Source: an uncultured Clostridiaceae bacterium | GTDB taxonomy: Bacteria > Bacillota > Clostridia > TANB77 > CAG-508 | Length of the DNA: 64,000 nt | Direction: 5' to 3' | Assembly (NCBI GenBank): GCA_947647275.1 | Contig: CANSJQ010000005.1 | Span: forward strand, 16,095-80,094 | Shown here: positions 29,221 through 39,328 of the stretch, piece after piece | How positions within the stretch are numbered: the first letter of the stretch is position 1 | Layout: every line of letters starts with the position of its first letter | Made by a program: the position numbers and the translations under genes | Notes under the pieces: generated by a model | Told to the model about the DNA's origin: nothing | The model's database searches: none | The model's input: only the letters and a program-made list of their open reading frames with translations

Positions 29221-29898
29221 CTATTCAAAACTATCAATTGTTCCATTAATATAATTTTGTATTTTCATATAATCAATTGTTTTTATCATATTGTCTTTGT
29301 TTACATCTGCTGCTTTAAATTGTTTATCAGTCAATGATTGTGTTTCCATTATGTAATTTTGCACTAATGTTAAATCTTTATTATCTATCACGCCATCACC
29401 ATTTACGTCGCCTAATACATAATCTATCCCCTCAACTAATTCAGGTAATTTCATAAGAACAATTTTATAATAATATGTATCTTTTCTATCTTCACTTGCA
29501 GTTCCCCCTAAATCTAGACCACCGCATTTTAAATTTAATAATATATCATTATTTCTAAAGATTACTCCTTTTTCTATCAATCCTGAAAAATAAGCACCAG
29601 GTTCTTTTGTTTCAGTACCATATCCCCAAAAATCCTTTGAAACATGTCTTGCACCAATTGAAATAACTACACAATTATCTTTATTAAATCCATTAGGATA
29701 ATTAATTATTGCCTGTCCTGACGACACTTGATTAAGTCCTTGTTGCATATTTATTGAAGTTTCTCCATTGATTATTACAAAATTATCTCTATATATAACT
29801 TTACTTCCGCTTCGTGTTTGCAATATTATCTGAAACAATATTAATAGACTTAAAATTATTAGTAACTTCCAAATCACCTTCAATTTTCCCACCTCCAT
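29221..29898 (-). CDS. Tail fibre-associated protein with a C-terminal type I dockerin-like pair of Ca-binding repeats. N-terminal ~35 aa overlap the upstream gene and may be artefactual.
   Basis: C-terminus GDVNGDGVIDNKDLTLVQNYI...ADVNKDNMIKTIDYMKIQNYING matches the two-segment dockerin fold. Possible TTG start with RBS ggaggtggg. Confidence 0.5.
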   Translation of the reverse strand: MEVGKLKVIWKLLIILSLLILFQIILQTRSGSKVIYRDNFVIINGETSINMQQGLNQVSSGQAIINYPNGFNKDNCVVISIGARHVSKDFWGYGTETKEPGAYFSGLIEKGVIFRNNDILLNLKCGGLDLGGTASEDRKDTYYYKIVLMKLPELVEGIDYVLGDVNGDGVIDNKDLTLVQNYIMETQSLTDKQFKAADVNKDNMIKTIDYMKIQNYINGTIDSFE

Positions 29899-30457
29899 TT
29901 TTTAATATATAAGCACTTCCATCTTCTATATTTGCTAGTTCATTTTGTAATTGTTGCAAAACTGTTCTATACTCTGTTTCTATTGTGTCATATATACTGT
30001 CAAAATCTAAAAATGTTCTCATATCTGTAAATTCTGTTATTCCACTTGCTGAAGTTTTAAATCTTGCAAGTTCATATTGATATACACCCAAATTATTTTT
30101 TACTATATTTGTTTGTATCAAATTTGGATAAGAGCTTGTACCTTTTACTATTTTATAAGTTCCTTGAACAAATTCGCTTTCTGTGTTTTGTTTGTCTAAA
30201 TTTATTTCTATTACTAATTTACAAAAAGCATTGTCAGTTCCTGCTGTTATTGTAGTAGAAGAATCTTCCTCTAAAAACCTGCCTTGGATGCATACTGCTC
30301 CGCTGTCTATTGTAACTGTGCTTCCTGACGGAGTAACTGCCATTCCGTTTTTGTAGTTATTACTTACTCCATTTTTGCCATTTAAAAAAGTATTTATAAA
30401 TAAAGCAAAAATCGGATTTCCAAACAATTGCTTACTAAATACGTGACCTTTTAACAT
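29801..30457 (-). CDS. Tail fibre protein (N-terminal part)
   Basis: 218 aa, Gly/Ser/Thr/Asn-rich beta-type composition. Tail-module position downstream of the putative Dit/Tal genes. Confidence 0.45.
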   Translation of the reverse strand: MLKGHVFSKQLFGNPIFALFINTFLNGKNGVSNNYKNGMAVTPSGSTVTIDSGAVCIQGRFLEEDSSTTITAGTDNAFCKLVIEINLDKQNTESEFVQGTYKIVKGTSSYPNLIQTNIVKNNLGVYQYELARFKTSASGITEFTDMRTFLDFDSIYDTIETEYRTVLQQLQNELANIEDGSAYILKNGGGKIEGDLEVTNNFKSINIVSDNIANTKRK

Positions 30458-30458
30458 A

Positions 30459-31700
30459 TTAATTCTTCCTTTCTTTTAATAATTTATCTATAAATTTAAT
30501 ACGTATATTTCCGCAAGTATACTCGTAGAATTTTTTTTGTGTAATTTTAATTGCAGATATATAAGTATCAAATATTAAAGATTCTTTTGTTTTTATTGCA
30601 ATAGGTGTTCCTACTCTTATATACTTATTAAGCATATTAAATGTAATGTTGTGATTGTAAGCATTTGACTTCATTGTATCTAATGCTTTTTGCTGTGCAT
30701 CTTCATACTTCTCTGTATGTACTGTTTCTATTCTTCCTTCAGCTCTGTTTTTGTTGTTCATATCTGTAGTTGTTGTTCTATCATTTAATAAATACAAAGT
30801 ATATTGTCCTTTATTTTCTACGTCATTTACTTTATCGTATAAAACAACTACTTTTGAAACTACATCTGTTTCAAACACTTCTACATAATTTGATATTGCC
30901 TGTGCTGTTGTGTCTATTAGCTCTTTATTATAAGTTTTATTTTCTATTGTTATTACTAATTTTTTATTTATAATTGAAAAACTGTACACAATATCATAAT
31001 TTTGTGTACAGTTGGTTAACCATGTGTGCAAGTTATAAATTTCGTTTTCTACATTCGTTACTGAAGTTTGCTTTTTAGTATGTGTTTTTACATTTAATTG
31101 TAAGTATGTTTTGTTAATAAATATATCTGCATTGTTTATAAAGTTATCTGTTATAGCTTTTTCAATAAAGTCTTCTACTCCTTTTTCTTTTATATAACTT
31201 TCACTTTCCAGTTTTATTTTTTGATTAAATATATTTGTTATATACTTAGTTGTATATTCATATAATTGCTTTCCATTTTCATTCGAAATATTATCTATAA
31301 TTCCCCAATAAACCGCTTCGTTATTTTTCTTTACTACTATTATATCATTTGCTTTTGCTTTAGTTTTCTTTAATACTTTTATTATAGAATTTGCATTTGT
31401 TTCTTCATCTATATTTATTTCGTAGTCTGATATTTCTACTATGTCTTTTACTGTAAAATCGTTATAATTAAATATCCACATGAATACTTTGTTTGTTTCT
31501 ATTTTTATTTTTTCTTTTGCCCAAATTTGAACTTTTTTTGTATCTGTGTAATTTTGATTTAATATGTCTGTAAATGTTATATTTGCATCGTATATTCCAC
31601 CGATTTGAGGAGCTGTTATTTCTATTTCATAATATCCTGTTTGTTTATTGTAGATTGCTAAATAATCTTGTCCATTGAATTTTATTGTCATATCATTCAT
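30459..31700 (-). CDS. Phage tail protein (Tal/minor structural protein candidate)
   Basis: 413 aa. Position after the putative distal tail protein. Confidence 0.45.
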   Translation of the reverse strand: MNDMTIKFNGQDYLAIYNKQTGYYEIEITAPQIGGIYDANITFTDILNQNYTDTKKVQIWAKEKIKIETNKVFMWIFNYNDFTVKDIVEISDYEINIDEETNANSIIKVLKKTKAKANDIIVVKKNNEAVYWGIIDNISNENGKQLYEYTTKYITNIFNQKIKLESESYIKEKGVEDFIEKAITDNFINNADIFINKTYLQLNVKTHTKKQTSVTNVENEIYNLHTWLTNCTQNYDIVYSFSIINKKLVITIENKTYNKELIDTTAQAISNYVEVFETDVVSKVVVLYDKVNDVENKGQYTLYLLNDRTTTTDMNNKNRAEGRIETVHTEKYEDAQQKALDTMKSNAYNHNITFNMLNKYIRVGTPIAIKTKESLIFDTYISAIKITQKKFYEYTCGNIRIKFIDKLLKERKN

Positions 31701-31711
31701 AACACCACCTC

Positions 31712-32590
31712 CTATACTGCTTTATAATAAGTTAGTATAGTTACTTGTGCATTTAATACTTCATTATCTGCTGTAATTCTTAGCTCACAACTTTTATTTT
31801 TAGGAAGTCTAATTACATTATCATTTTCAAAATTAATAACATCTAAACTAAATAAACTTTCTATTGTCCCATCTGTTTTTTGTCTATTTATATAAAAATC
31901 ATTTTCTTTCGTTCCATACAATAATTTTTCATATTCTTTTATTTCTACTGTAAATGTTACAGTTTGATATAATTGTCCTTCTACATATAACTCAAACTTA
32001 GGATTTATTACATGTCCACTAACTTCTATTAGTACAGGTGCTTCTATATGTCCTTCATTAACATATTGTAAACTTCTTGTATCATAGTCTGTAAAATTAC
32101 TATCCCATCTAAAATCCCAGCGAATTTCGTTATCCCTCGGTTCTATTGTATAGATTGCTGTAGTTTGTTTATACCATAAACTTTTACAATTCATTGTAAT
32201 TGGGCATTTTAAAACATTAAAATCATCTTCTTCTGATTTATCTATTTTACAAATATCTATATCTCTGTAATATTCATTTCTACTACTAGTCTTAGGTATA
32301 TAAATGAGTTTTAATTCAGATGACGATAAAATAAAGTTTACAAATTCTATATATTCTTCATATGTCATATCATAAAACTCAAGTTCTCCATTTATTACAT
32401 TTTGAGCTATTTTTTTATCCTTTTGTATAAATATATTTCCTAATTGCTCATATTCAATATTTTCTTCGTATCCTAAACCTGTTACATTATATAAAAATAG
32501 ACCGCCATTTATTTTTTGACAGTCTATTCTATTTCCTTTTTCATTTTCAAAATAAAAATTTCTTATATCCTTATATTCATAATTAATCAT
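31712..32590 (-). CDS. Distal tail protein (Dit) candidate
   Basis: 292 aa. Second gene after the tape measure in siphovirus order. Confidence 0.4.
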   Translation of the reverse strand: MINYEYKDIRNFYFENEKGNRIDCQKINGGLFLYNVTGLGYEENIEYEQLGNIFIQKDKKIAQNVINGELEFYDMTYEEYIEFVNFILSSSELKLIYIPKTSSRNEYYRDIDICKIDKSEEDDFNVLKCPITMNCKSLWYKQTTAIYTIEPRDNEIRWDFRWDSNFTDYDTRSLQYVNEGHIEAPVLIEVSGHVINPKFELYVEGQLYQTVTFTVEIKEYEKLLYGTKENDFYINRQKTDGTIESLFSLDVINFENDNVIRLPKNKSCELRITADNEVLNAQVTILTYYKAV

Positions 32591-32644
32591 TTTCCATCTC
32601 CATAATAAAAATACCTGATTTAATTCAGATGCTTTATATTTTAT

Positions 32645-33397
32645 TTAAAAAGCTAGCGCTAGACATACTATAAATCCAATTACAGAAATTAATGTAAATA
32701 TTATTCCAAATGGCATCATATATAAACTACCTATAAAAATTAGTGGATATGCAATTAGACCAATTTTAGCACTTGCTTTTTGTTCTTTTCTTTTTTCATC
32801 TTCTGTTTGTATGTAATCTTCTGTTTTCTCTATTTTTTCTGTTTTTTTAATTACTTTTTCATTATGGAAAGCCAAATCAACAACAAATCCATATGTTAAT
32901 TCTTCAATCACTATTTTTTCTTTTTCATAGTCTTCTTCATCCATTTCAGAATGTTTATATTTTCCTCCTGTTATTGAAATTGATATTATATATTTAGTTA
33001 TCTCTTCATCGTTCCAATATTGAAGTACTTCATCAACTAATTCTTTTGGTATATAGCCTATATGAAAATATTTTTCGTTAGTTTCTTTTTCTTTTTTATG
33101 ATAATGATACATCTCGACTCCTTCATAAGTACTGATATATACTTTAAAACAAGGCTCGTCTTTATATGAGCTTAACTCGATTTTCCCTCCAAAGGTTATT
33201 CCTTCATATTCAGATACATTCATATACATTTCTTTTATATCTTTATTTGTATATCCTCCATACAAATCTTCTTTGCTAAAATAATTATTATTCCTATACT
33301 CTTTTGTGATTTTTTTTATTTCTTTTTGTATATCGATATTGTCTTCATTTTTAAAAGTTGTACCTTTAACATTAAATTTTATACTATGTGCTATCAT
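32645..33397 (-). CDS. Hypothetical protein with a C-terminal double TM segment, immediately downstream of TMP
   Basis: 250 aa with acidic central region and C-terminal YPLIFIGSLYMMPFGIIFTLISVIGFIVCLALAF. Confidence 0.4.
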   Translation of the reverse strand: MIAHSIKFNVKGTTFKNEDNIDIQKEIKKITKEYRNNNYFSKEDLYGGYTNKDIKEMYMNVSEYEGITFGGKIELSSYKDEPCFKVYISTYEGVEMYHYHKKEKETNEKYFHIGYIPKELVDEVLQYWNDEEITKYIISISITGGKYKHSEMDEEDYEKEKIVIEELTYGFVVDLAFHNEKVIKKTEKIEKTEDYIQTEDEKRKEQKASAKIGLIAYPLIFIGSLYMMPFGIIFTLISVIGFIVCLALAF

Positions 33398-33484
33398 ATA
33401 CTCTCCTCCTTCTATAATTATAAAAAGAGTTTATCATATTAATTTTGTCAAATGCTGTCGAAACTTGTAGCAAAAAATATCTTT

Positions 33485-36400
33485 TTAATATGCACTACCA
33501 AAAACTTTATTGACTTCATTTGCTATTTTTCTTGCATCAAATTCCTGTGTATATATTGTTAAATTTGGAGTTGTAAATATTGTTTTAGTTTTATCTGCTA
33601 TTTGAGTATCTAGAATTTCTTTATTATTTCTATAATTTTGTAAAATAGGTATATTTTTATTATTAATGTTAACTCCATTAAATTTATCTGATACATTATT
33701 AGCTAGAGTATCCACTTGTTTATAAATATTTTCTTCCTCATCTTCAAGTCCTAATTCTGCTCCTTCCATAACATAATTAAATATTTTTCTCATTTTTCTT
33801 GAAGGAGAATGTATATCAAATGATTTTCTTAATCTTGATAAGATGCCATTTGCAATGCTTGTTGCTTTAGCAAATAATGATGGTTCATTGTCTTTCATTC
33901 CATTTAGCATACCTTCCATAGACTGTTTCATTACTTTTTTAGTATCTTCTGGCATGCTATCGTAACTATCCATAATAGTGTCTATCATTGTTTGGTTTTC
34001 GTCACTTATCTTTCCCCCATACATTTCAGTATTTGCAAGTTTTGCTAACCATATGCCTAATTCTTTTGCTTGCTCCTCTGACATATTTTTGTACATATCG
34101 TCATAGATTTTTTTCATATTACTATTATGTTCTCGACCTTCTTGTCTAATTGCCCCATTAACATCATTCCACGCAGTTTGTTTTGTCTCTGCTAGTTCTT
34201 TCATTCTTTCATTGTGTCTATTTTGTTCATTTTCTACATTTGATAAATGTTCTTTTATTGAATTATAAAAACCATCATCTTGCTTTGCTCTTTCTGAATA
34301 TCCATTTGCATAAACTTCGTTTACTTTTGCAACCTCTTGATTAGCCATATCTATTTTATATTGTTGCTGTTCCATTATTTTATTATATTCAGTTGCATAT
34401 GCTTCATTTTGCATATTAGCTTCTGAACCATATCTTTGATTCAATAATGCAATTTCTTGAGTTGTTCCATCTTTAATTATGGCAATTGTTGCATCTCTTT
34501 GTTCTTGTGCTGTTTTTATCCATTCTTGTGATTGTACTTCATATTCATATAATGTTCCTTTGAAGTTCTCGGCATTTGTAATTGCTTGTTGAGATATCGC
34601 TTGTGCTACACTATTTTGTATTTCTATTTCTCTATCTTTTAATTCTCTTAATTTATTAAAATATTCGTCTAATTGTTTTATTTCTTTTTTTGTGTAACCC
34701 CTTCTTTCATCCGATGCAGTTTTACATATACTTGTAATTCCCTTTTGTATTTTATCCATTTGTTCTTGTAATTTCTGTTGTTCTTCAGATGTTGCAAATA
34801 ATGTACTATTAAAACTACCTAAATGAGATGTTGCACTATCTATTCCTGATATAAAGTCTGATGCACTATTTCCTATTGTTTCTAATGTTTTCTTTGACTG
34901 TTCTTCTGCTTTCTTCATTTGTGCTATTATTACTCCTGCTGTTGCAGTTATTCCTATTGTAGCTATACCTAGTGGACTTTTTATTGCTGATATTGCTTTT
35001 GCCAAACTATTAACAGATGCATTTGTAGACTCTGTTCCTGTTTTCATTACTTTAATCGCTTGTGAAAATGTACCTATTCCTTTGACTGTTGTTCCTACTG
35101 TACTTGTTACTTTTCCTAATATTTTTACAAGTGGACCTACTGCTACAACCATTAACCCAGTTTTTACTATGTTCTCTTTTTGAGAATCAGATAAATCATC
35201 TAATTTATCTATCCATTTACTTGTCTTATCTAATATTTTATTTACTTCTGGTAATAATTTATCTCCTAGTGATATCGCCTGCGCTCTTATTTTATTCTTT
35301 GTAATATCAATTTGACTTTCCGTTGTTTCATATCTTTTATTTGCTTCTTCTGTTAAAGCATTGTTGTCTTTCCATGCTTCATTGCCTAAAACTATCGCTT
35401 TTTCCATTACTTTACTTGCATTTGCTGAACGTAATAATGCATCCCTTAAACGTGTTTCTGTAATTCCCATATCGTCAAGAATTTTAATTGCACTTTTACC
35501 TTGCTCTCCACTTTTAGAAAGTCCATCAACAAATTTCATTATTGCATTTGTTGCATCTTCTCTAAATGCCTTTTGAAAATCTTGAGAACTCATTCCTGCC
35601 ACTGACGCAAAATCTTTTAAACTATCTCCACCTTTTTCAACTGCTAATTGCATATTCACCATTACTCTTGAAAAAGCCGTTCCACCTGCTTGTGCTTCCA
35701 ATCCAACAGAACTTAAAGCTGTTGCTAATGCCATTATTTGAGATTGACTCATTCCTACTTGAGTACCTGCTGATGCTAAATTCATTCCCATGTCTGCAAT
35801 TTCCGCTTCTGTTGTAGCAAAGTTATTTCCTAATGCTACTATTACAGAACCTAATTTATTAAAATCTGATTGGCTCATTTTAGTTATATTTGCAAATCTT
35901 GCTAATGTTGTCGATGCTTCTTCTGCTGATAAATTTGTAGCATTTCCCATATCTATCATAGTCTTTGTAAATGCTAATACATTATCTGTTTCAATTCCTA
36001 ACTGTCCAGCACTTTCAGCAACTGCTGATATTTCTTCTACTGTAGATGGTAATTGTGTTGACATATCAACAATTCCTTGCTTTAATTTATTTAGTTGTTC
36101 TTCTGTTCCTTCAACCGTCTTGGTAACGCCTGTCCATGCACTTTCAAAAGAAATTGAAGACTTTAGTGATGCTACTCCTATTGCTGTAACGCCTGCACTT
36201 AATATTGATAATCTATTGCCTATTTTTTCTGCTTTATCTCCAAATTTTGTTATTTTTTCTCCTGCTAAAGTAAATCTTTCTGACTGAATTATTAATTCTT
36301 TATTAGTTTTATCTATTTCATTTGCTGTTCTTTGTTGCGCTGTTTGTAATTCAATTAATTGTTTCTTTAGCTTTTCTGCCTCTTCTGAATTATCTCCTAA

Positions 36401-36652
36401 TTCTACTACTGCTTTTTCATAAGCTAACTTTGTATTATCTATTGCAATACCTTGTTCTTTATATTTTTCTTTTAGTTGTTCTACCCTTTGACTTAATAAT
36501 TGCGTTGATTCACTATTTCCTGCTAATTGTGCTTTATTAAGTTTTAGAATATTATTTAAAGATGTTATGCTTTTTTCTGCTTCTTTTATATTGCTTTTAA
36601 AACCTGTTATATCTGCTTCAAATTTTATGGATTGTTTATTTTTACTACTCAC
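33485..36652 (-). CDS. Tail tape measure protein
   Basis: 1055 aa, coiled-coil rich, with central hydrophobic/Gly-rich segments. GTG start 4 nt after the chaperone GT stop. Follows the G/GT chaperones. Confidence 0.85.
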   Translation of the reverse strand: MSSKNKQSIKFEADITGFKSNIKEAEKSITSLNNILKLNKAQLAGNSESTQLLSQRVEQLKEKYKEQGIAIDNTKLAYEKAVVELGDNSEEAEKLKKQLIELQTAQQRTANEIDKTNKELIIQSERFTLAGEKITKFGDKAEKIGNRLSILSAGVTAIGVASLKSSISFESAWTGVTKTVEGTEEQLNKLKQGIVDMSTQLPSTVEEISAVAESAGQLGIETDNVLAFTKTMIDMGNATNLSAEEASTTLARFANITKMSQSDFNKLGSVIVALGNNFATTEAEIADMGMNLASAGTQVGMSQSQIMALATALSSVGLEAQAGGTAFSRVMVNMQLAVEKGGDSLKDFASVAGMSSQDFQKAFREDATNAIMKFVDGLSKSGEQGKSAIKILDDMGITETRLRDALLRSANASKVMEKAIVLGNEAWKDNNALTEEANKRYETTESQIDITKNKIRAQAISLGDKLLPEVNKILDKTSKWIDKLDDLSDSQKENIVKTGLMVVAVGPLVKILGKVTSTVGTTVKGIGTFSQAIKVMKTGTESTNASVNSLAKAISAIKSPLGIATIGITATAGVIIAQMKKAEEQSKKTLETIGNSASDFISGIDSATSHLGSFNSTLFATSEEQQKLQEQMDKIQKGITSICKTASDERRGYTKKEIKQLDEYFNKLRELKDREIEIQNSVAQAISQQAITNAENFKGTLYEYEVQSQEWIKTAQEQRDATIAIIKDGTTQEIALLNQRYGSEANMQNEAYATEYNKIMEQQQYKIDMANQEVAKVNEVYANGYSERAKQDDGFYNSIKEHLSNVENEQNRHNERMKELAETKQTAWNDVNGAIRQEGREHNSNMKKIYDDMYKNMSEEQAKELGIWLAKLANTEMYGGKISDENQTMIDTIMDSYDSMPEDTKKVMKQSMEGMLNGMKDNEPSLFAKATSIANGILSRLRKSFDIHSPSRKMRKIFNYVMEGAELGLEDEEENIYKQVDTLANNVSDKFNGVNINNKNIPILQNYRNNKEILDTQIADKTKTIFTTPNLTIYTQEFDARKIANEVNKVFGSAY

Positions 36653-36655
36653 AAT

Positions 36656-37160
36656 TAAGCCTCCTTTGGATTGTTTCTATAGTTTTCAACTGCAACAATA
36701 TTTTGATGAATATTATCCAAGAAAGATATGTCACTGTCCCAAAATGTGTTTTCATTTATTCCATTTATATAGACATAAAAAACATACATATCTGCTAATG
36801 TTTCGATATGTATATCTGGTTGTTTATATTTCTTTTCTTCTCTTTTTTTACTAGTGACTTTTTTAAATCCTTCTTGGAATTTTAGTTTTTTCTTTTTATT
36901 AGTAATTCAACTCCTATGTGTGATATTTCATATAAATCATAATTTTCTATTAAAGTTAAAAAATCATCATAACTTATATCTTCTTTAGTTGCTCCAATGT
37001 ACCCCGCATAAATTATTTTGTAATAATCACTTGCCTTAGGTTCATTTTCTCCTGCTTCTCTTAGAATTTTTAATATATCAAAATCTTTTTGTGTTTCTTC
37101 AACTTTTTGTATTGCCCTTGGTGTAATTTTTAAATTAATATCTTTATCTTTAATTTTCAT
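36656..37160 (-). CDS. Tail assembly chaperones G (36882..37160) and GT (extension to 36656) joined by a programmed -1 frameshift at A_AAA_AAC
   Basis: The 92-aa ORF ends ..LIKRKN*. The slippery heptamer A AAA AAC (plus-strand gtttttt, 36885-36891) lies 2 codons before the stop. The -1 frame is open for ~75 codons to TAA at 36656, immediately before the TMP start. Confidence 0.65.
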
Positions 37161-37175
37161 CTTTTATCCTCCTTT

Positions 37176-37249
37176 TGGCACAAGTTAATGGATTCGAACC
37201 ATTACATACAGTTTTGGAAACTGCAGTGCTACCATTACACTAAACTTGT
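37176..37249 (-). tRNA. Phage-encoded tRNA-Trp (anticodon CCA)
   Basis: Minus strand: acceptor acaagtt/aacttgt, D arm gtgtaatggtagcac, anticodon stem gcagt/actgt with loop ttCCAaa, T arm aatgg-ttcgaat-ccatt, discriminator G, CCA. Confidence 0.75.
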
Positions 37250-37295
37250 ATAAAAATACCCTTATTTTAAAACAAGGATATTTAAAATAATTTAA

Positions 37296-37862
37296 TTATA
37301 ATTCTGCATTTTTTACTAATTCTGGTGTAAAGTTTGTTAGCCATTTTTCTTTTACTTCTGTATCTTCTATTTCACTTTCATAAGCTTCATAATAGAATTT
37401 TTTATTTTCATCAGCTAATGCAGAAAATTCAAAGTCTTTCATTTCAATTTCTGTTGCTTCATTATTAATATTGAAATTTAATCCTTTTACATCTGCTAAG
37501 TTAGGAAATGCAACATATTTTATATTACCTTCCATATCTAATACTTTAGCTGTAAATTTAAAAGGTTTTGCAAATGTATCTGTACCATAAGCATACACTC
37601 CAGTTTTTAATCCTTCATTGCTTAATCCAGTTATTCCTCGTAATGCTGGTATTTTAGCATGTCCTGTTAATGTAACAGCTAAATCAGTTATTCTTTTTAT
37701 TTTTTTAACTACTGCACCTTCACATTTTTTTACAACTTCTTCTGTATTAGATGTTCCATCCATTGTTCCAATACATCCAAATCCTATAGCTTCTGCTCCT
37801 TCAAATTGAATTGAACCTTCTACGATTTTATAATCTTCAAATTCTTCAACTTTTTTAACCAT
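37296..37862 (-). CDS. Major tail protein
   Basis: 188 aa. Position immediately upstream of tRNA-Trp/G/GT/TMP. Ig-like beta composition. Confidence 0.6.
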   Translation of the reverse strand: MVKKVEEFEDYKIVEGSIQFEGAEAIGFGCIGTMDGTSNTEEVVKKCEGAVVKKIKRITDLAVTLTGHAKIPALRGITGLSNEGLKTGVYAYGTDTFAKPFKFTAKVLDMEGNIKYVAFPNLADVKGLNFNINNEATEIEMKDFEFSALADENKKFYYEAYESEIEDTEVKEKWLTNFTPELVKNAEL

Positions 37863-38307
37863 TGTTTATTTCCTCCTCTATTTTTTTATTTATATGTTCT
37901 AGCAGTCCTTTCTTTATATTTTCTGTTTCAGTTTCTAAAGCTTTATTGAAAAACTCTTGACTTCTAGATTGATGCTTTCCTCGACCTTCGTCTGGAAATA
38001 TTAAATAGCCAAAATCTTTTGACTTCGGCTTTAATTTTGTTTGTACTTTTATTCCTAAATTGAAACTAATTTTATCTAATGATTCTACATCCTTTGCATG
38101 ACTTTTGGGGCTATTTTTATAGTTTGATTTATTTCTATTAGAACGTGGTAAATTTTGCATTACCCTTTTTTTAAGTATATCGCCTGCAGTATTCCAGAAA
38201 TAATTATTCATTTCATATTCTGCTTTTTTAGGTAATAATTTAAGTTTTTCTTGTAATATTTCAATATCTTTACTTTCTAAAGAATAAAATGCTTCGTTAT
38301 ATGTCAT
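37855..38307 (-). CDS. Head-tail joining/tail completion protein (unassigned)
   Basis: 150-aa ORF between the capsid and tail genes. Confidence 0.35.
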   Translation of the reverse strand: MTYNEAFYSLESKDIEILQEKLKLLPKKAEYEMNNYFWNTAGDILKKRVMQNLPRSNRNKSNYKNSPKSHAKDVESLDKISFNLGIKVQTKLKPKSKDFGYLIFPDEGRGKHQSRSQEFFNKALETETENIKKGLLEHINKKIEEEINNG

Positions 38308-38309
38308 AA

Positions 38310-38645
38310 CTAACCTTTCTCAGGTCTTTCAAATGTAAATGTATTCATATCAAGCCAATCATTAGTATTAGCTAATTGAATTTCATCGTTTTCCATACCT
38401 ATAAAATTAAGACCTAATCCTTTAATTTTGTTTATTATTTCATAATCAGAAATTTTCTGTTCTCCTTCATATACATAAGCAATATAAATTTGCCTTACAT
38501 ATTTACCACACCCACTATTTCTTAAACGTCCTCTACGAAAGATAAAATAATGATAACTACCATTTAACTCATTTTCATATATTCTTTTATTTCCAATTGG
38601 TAATCTAAATTCTTCTAATTTTTCAATTATTTTTTCGTCTGTCAT
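38310..38645 (-). CDS. Head-tail joining protein (unassigned)
   Basis: 111-aa ORF. Confidence 0.35.
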   Translation of the reverse strand: MTDEKIIEKLEEFRLPIGNKRIYENELNGSYHYFIFRRGRLRNSGCGKYVRQIYIAYVYEGEQKISDYEIINKIKGLGLNFIGMENDEIQLANTNDWLDMNTFTFERPEKG

Positions 38646-39019
38646 TATTCAACACCATCTTTCTTATTAGAAACTTTTTGCAAATATAAATAAATATTTT
38701 TTCTATCATCTGTATCTCTTTTTTTTACCTCATATATATCATCGCTATCATTTAATTTAACTTTAATATTTTGTGGTAATGGAGATAATGGCATTCTTAT
38801 TTTCTTGTCAATTGTATATCCTAATGAATCAGCTTCTATATTGTCATTATCTCTTATATTTACATATGAGAAGTTTCTTTTACCTTTTATTTCAATTGAC
38901 TCACCTATTTTTTCTTTCTTAGCATTTTTTAATACTTTTATGCTACCAAAATATAAAATCCCATCATTATATGTTTCGTGGTAATTTTTATTTATTCTTG
39001 TAAAATTAGTCCTTTCCAT
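38645..39019 (-). CDS. Head-tail joining protein (unassigned)
   Basis: 124-aa ORF. Confidence 0.35.
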   Translation of the reverse strand: MERTNFTRINKNYHETYNDGILYFGSIKVLKNAKKEKIGESIEIKGKRNFSYVNIRDNDNIEADSLGYTIDKKIRMPLSPLPQNIKVKLNDSDDIYEVKKRDTDDRKNIYLYLQKVSNKKDGVE

Positions 39020-39311
39020 ATTTAACCTCTAATTTTAATATTCTTTCTAAATTATTTGCAATGAAAAATTCTTCACTTTTATTCCATGCATATCTTACAT
39101 ATGTTCTTAATAGCCCTCTTGCTTCATTATCAATATCAAAATTAATAACTTTAGTATGTGAAGGGTCTACATCATTTTGTATAACCTCCATACCGTCTTT
39201 AATATATTGCATTAGTATTTCATTTGTATCGTTGTCATCCCACGTTATTTGTAAATCTTTTCTTATTTCATCTAGGAAATTATTACTTACAGTAGTGTCT
39301 TCATATGTCAT
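39006..39311 (-). CDS. Head-tail connector protein candidate
   Basis: 101-aa ORF directly downstream of the major capsid gene. Confidence 0.35.
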   Translation of the reverse strand: MTYEDTTVSNNFLDEIRKDLQITWDDNDTNEILMQYIKDGMEVIQNDVDPSHTKVINFDIDNEARGLLRTYVRYAWNKSEEFFIANNLERILKLEVKYGKD

Positions 39312-39328
39312 TTAATATCACATCCTTA

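Noticed and set aside
29801-29898. Hydrophobic N-terminus (KVIWKLLIILSLLILFQIIL) of ORF 29221..29898 as a signal peptide or TM anchor
   Set aside because: Encoded by the overlap with the upstream fibre gene in another frame. AT-rich codons give I/L/F in off-frames. Probably not translated as such.
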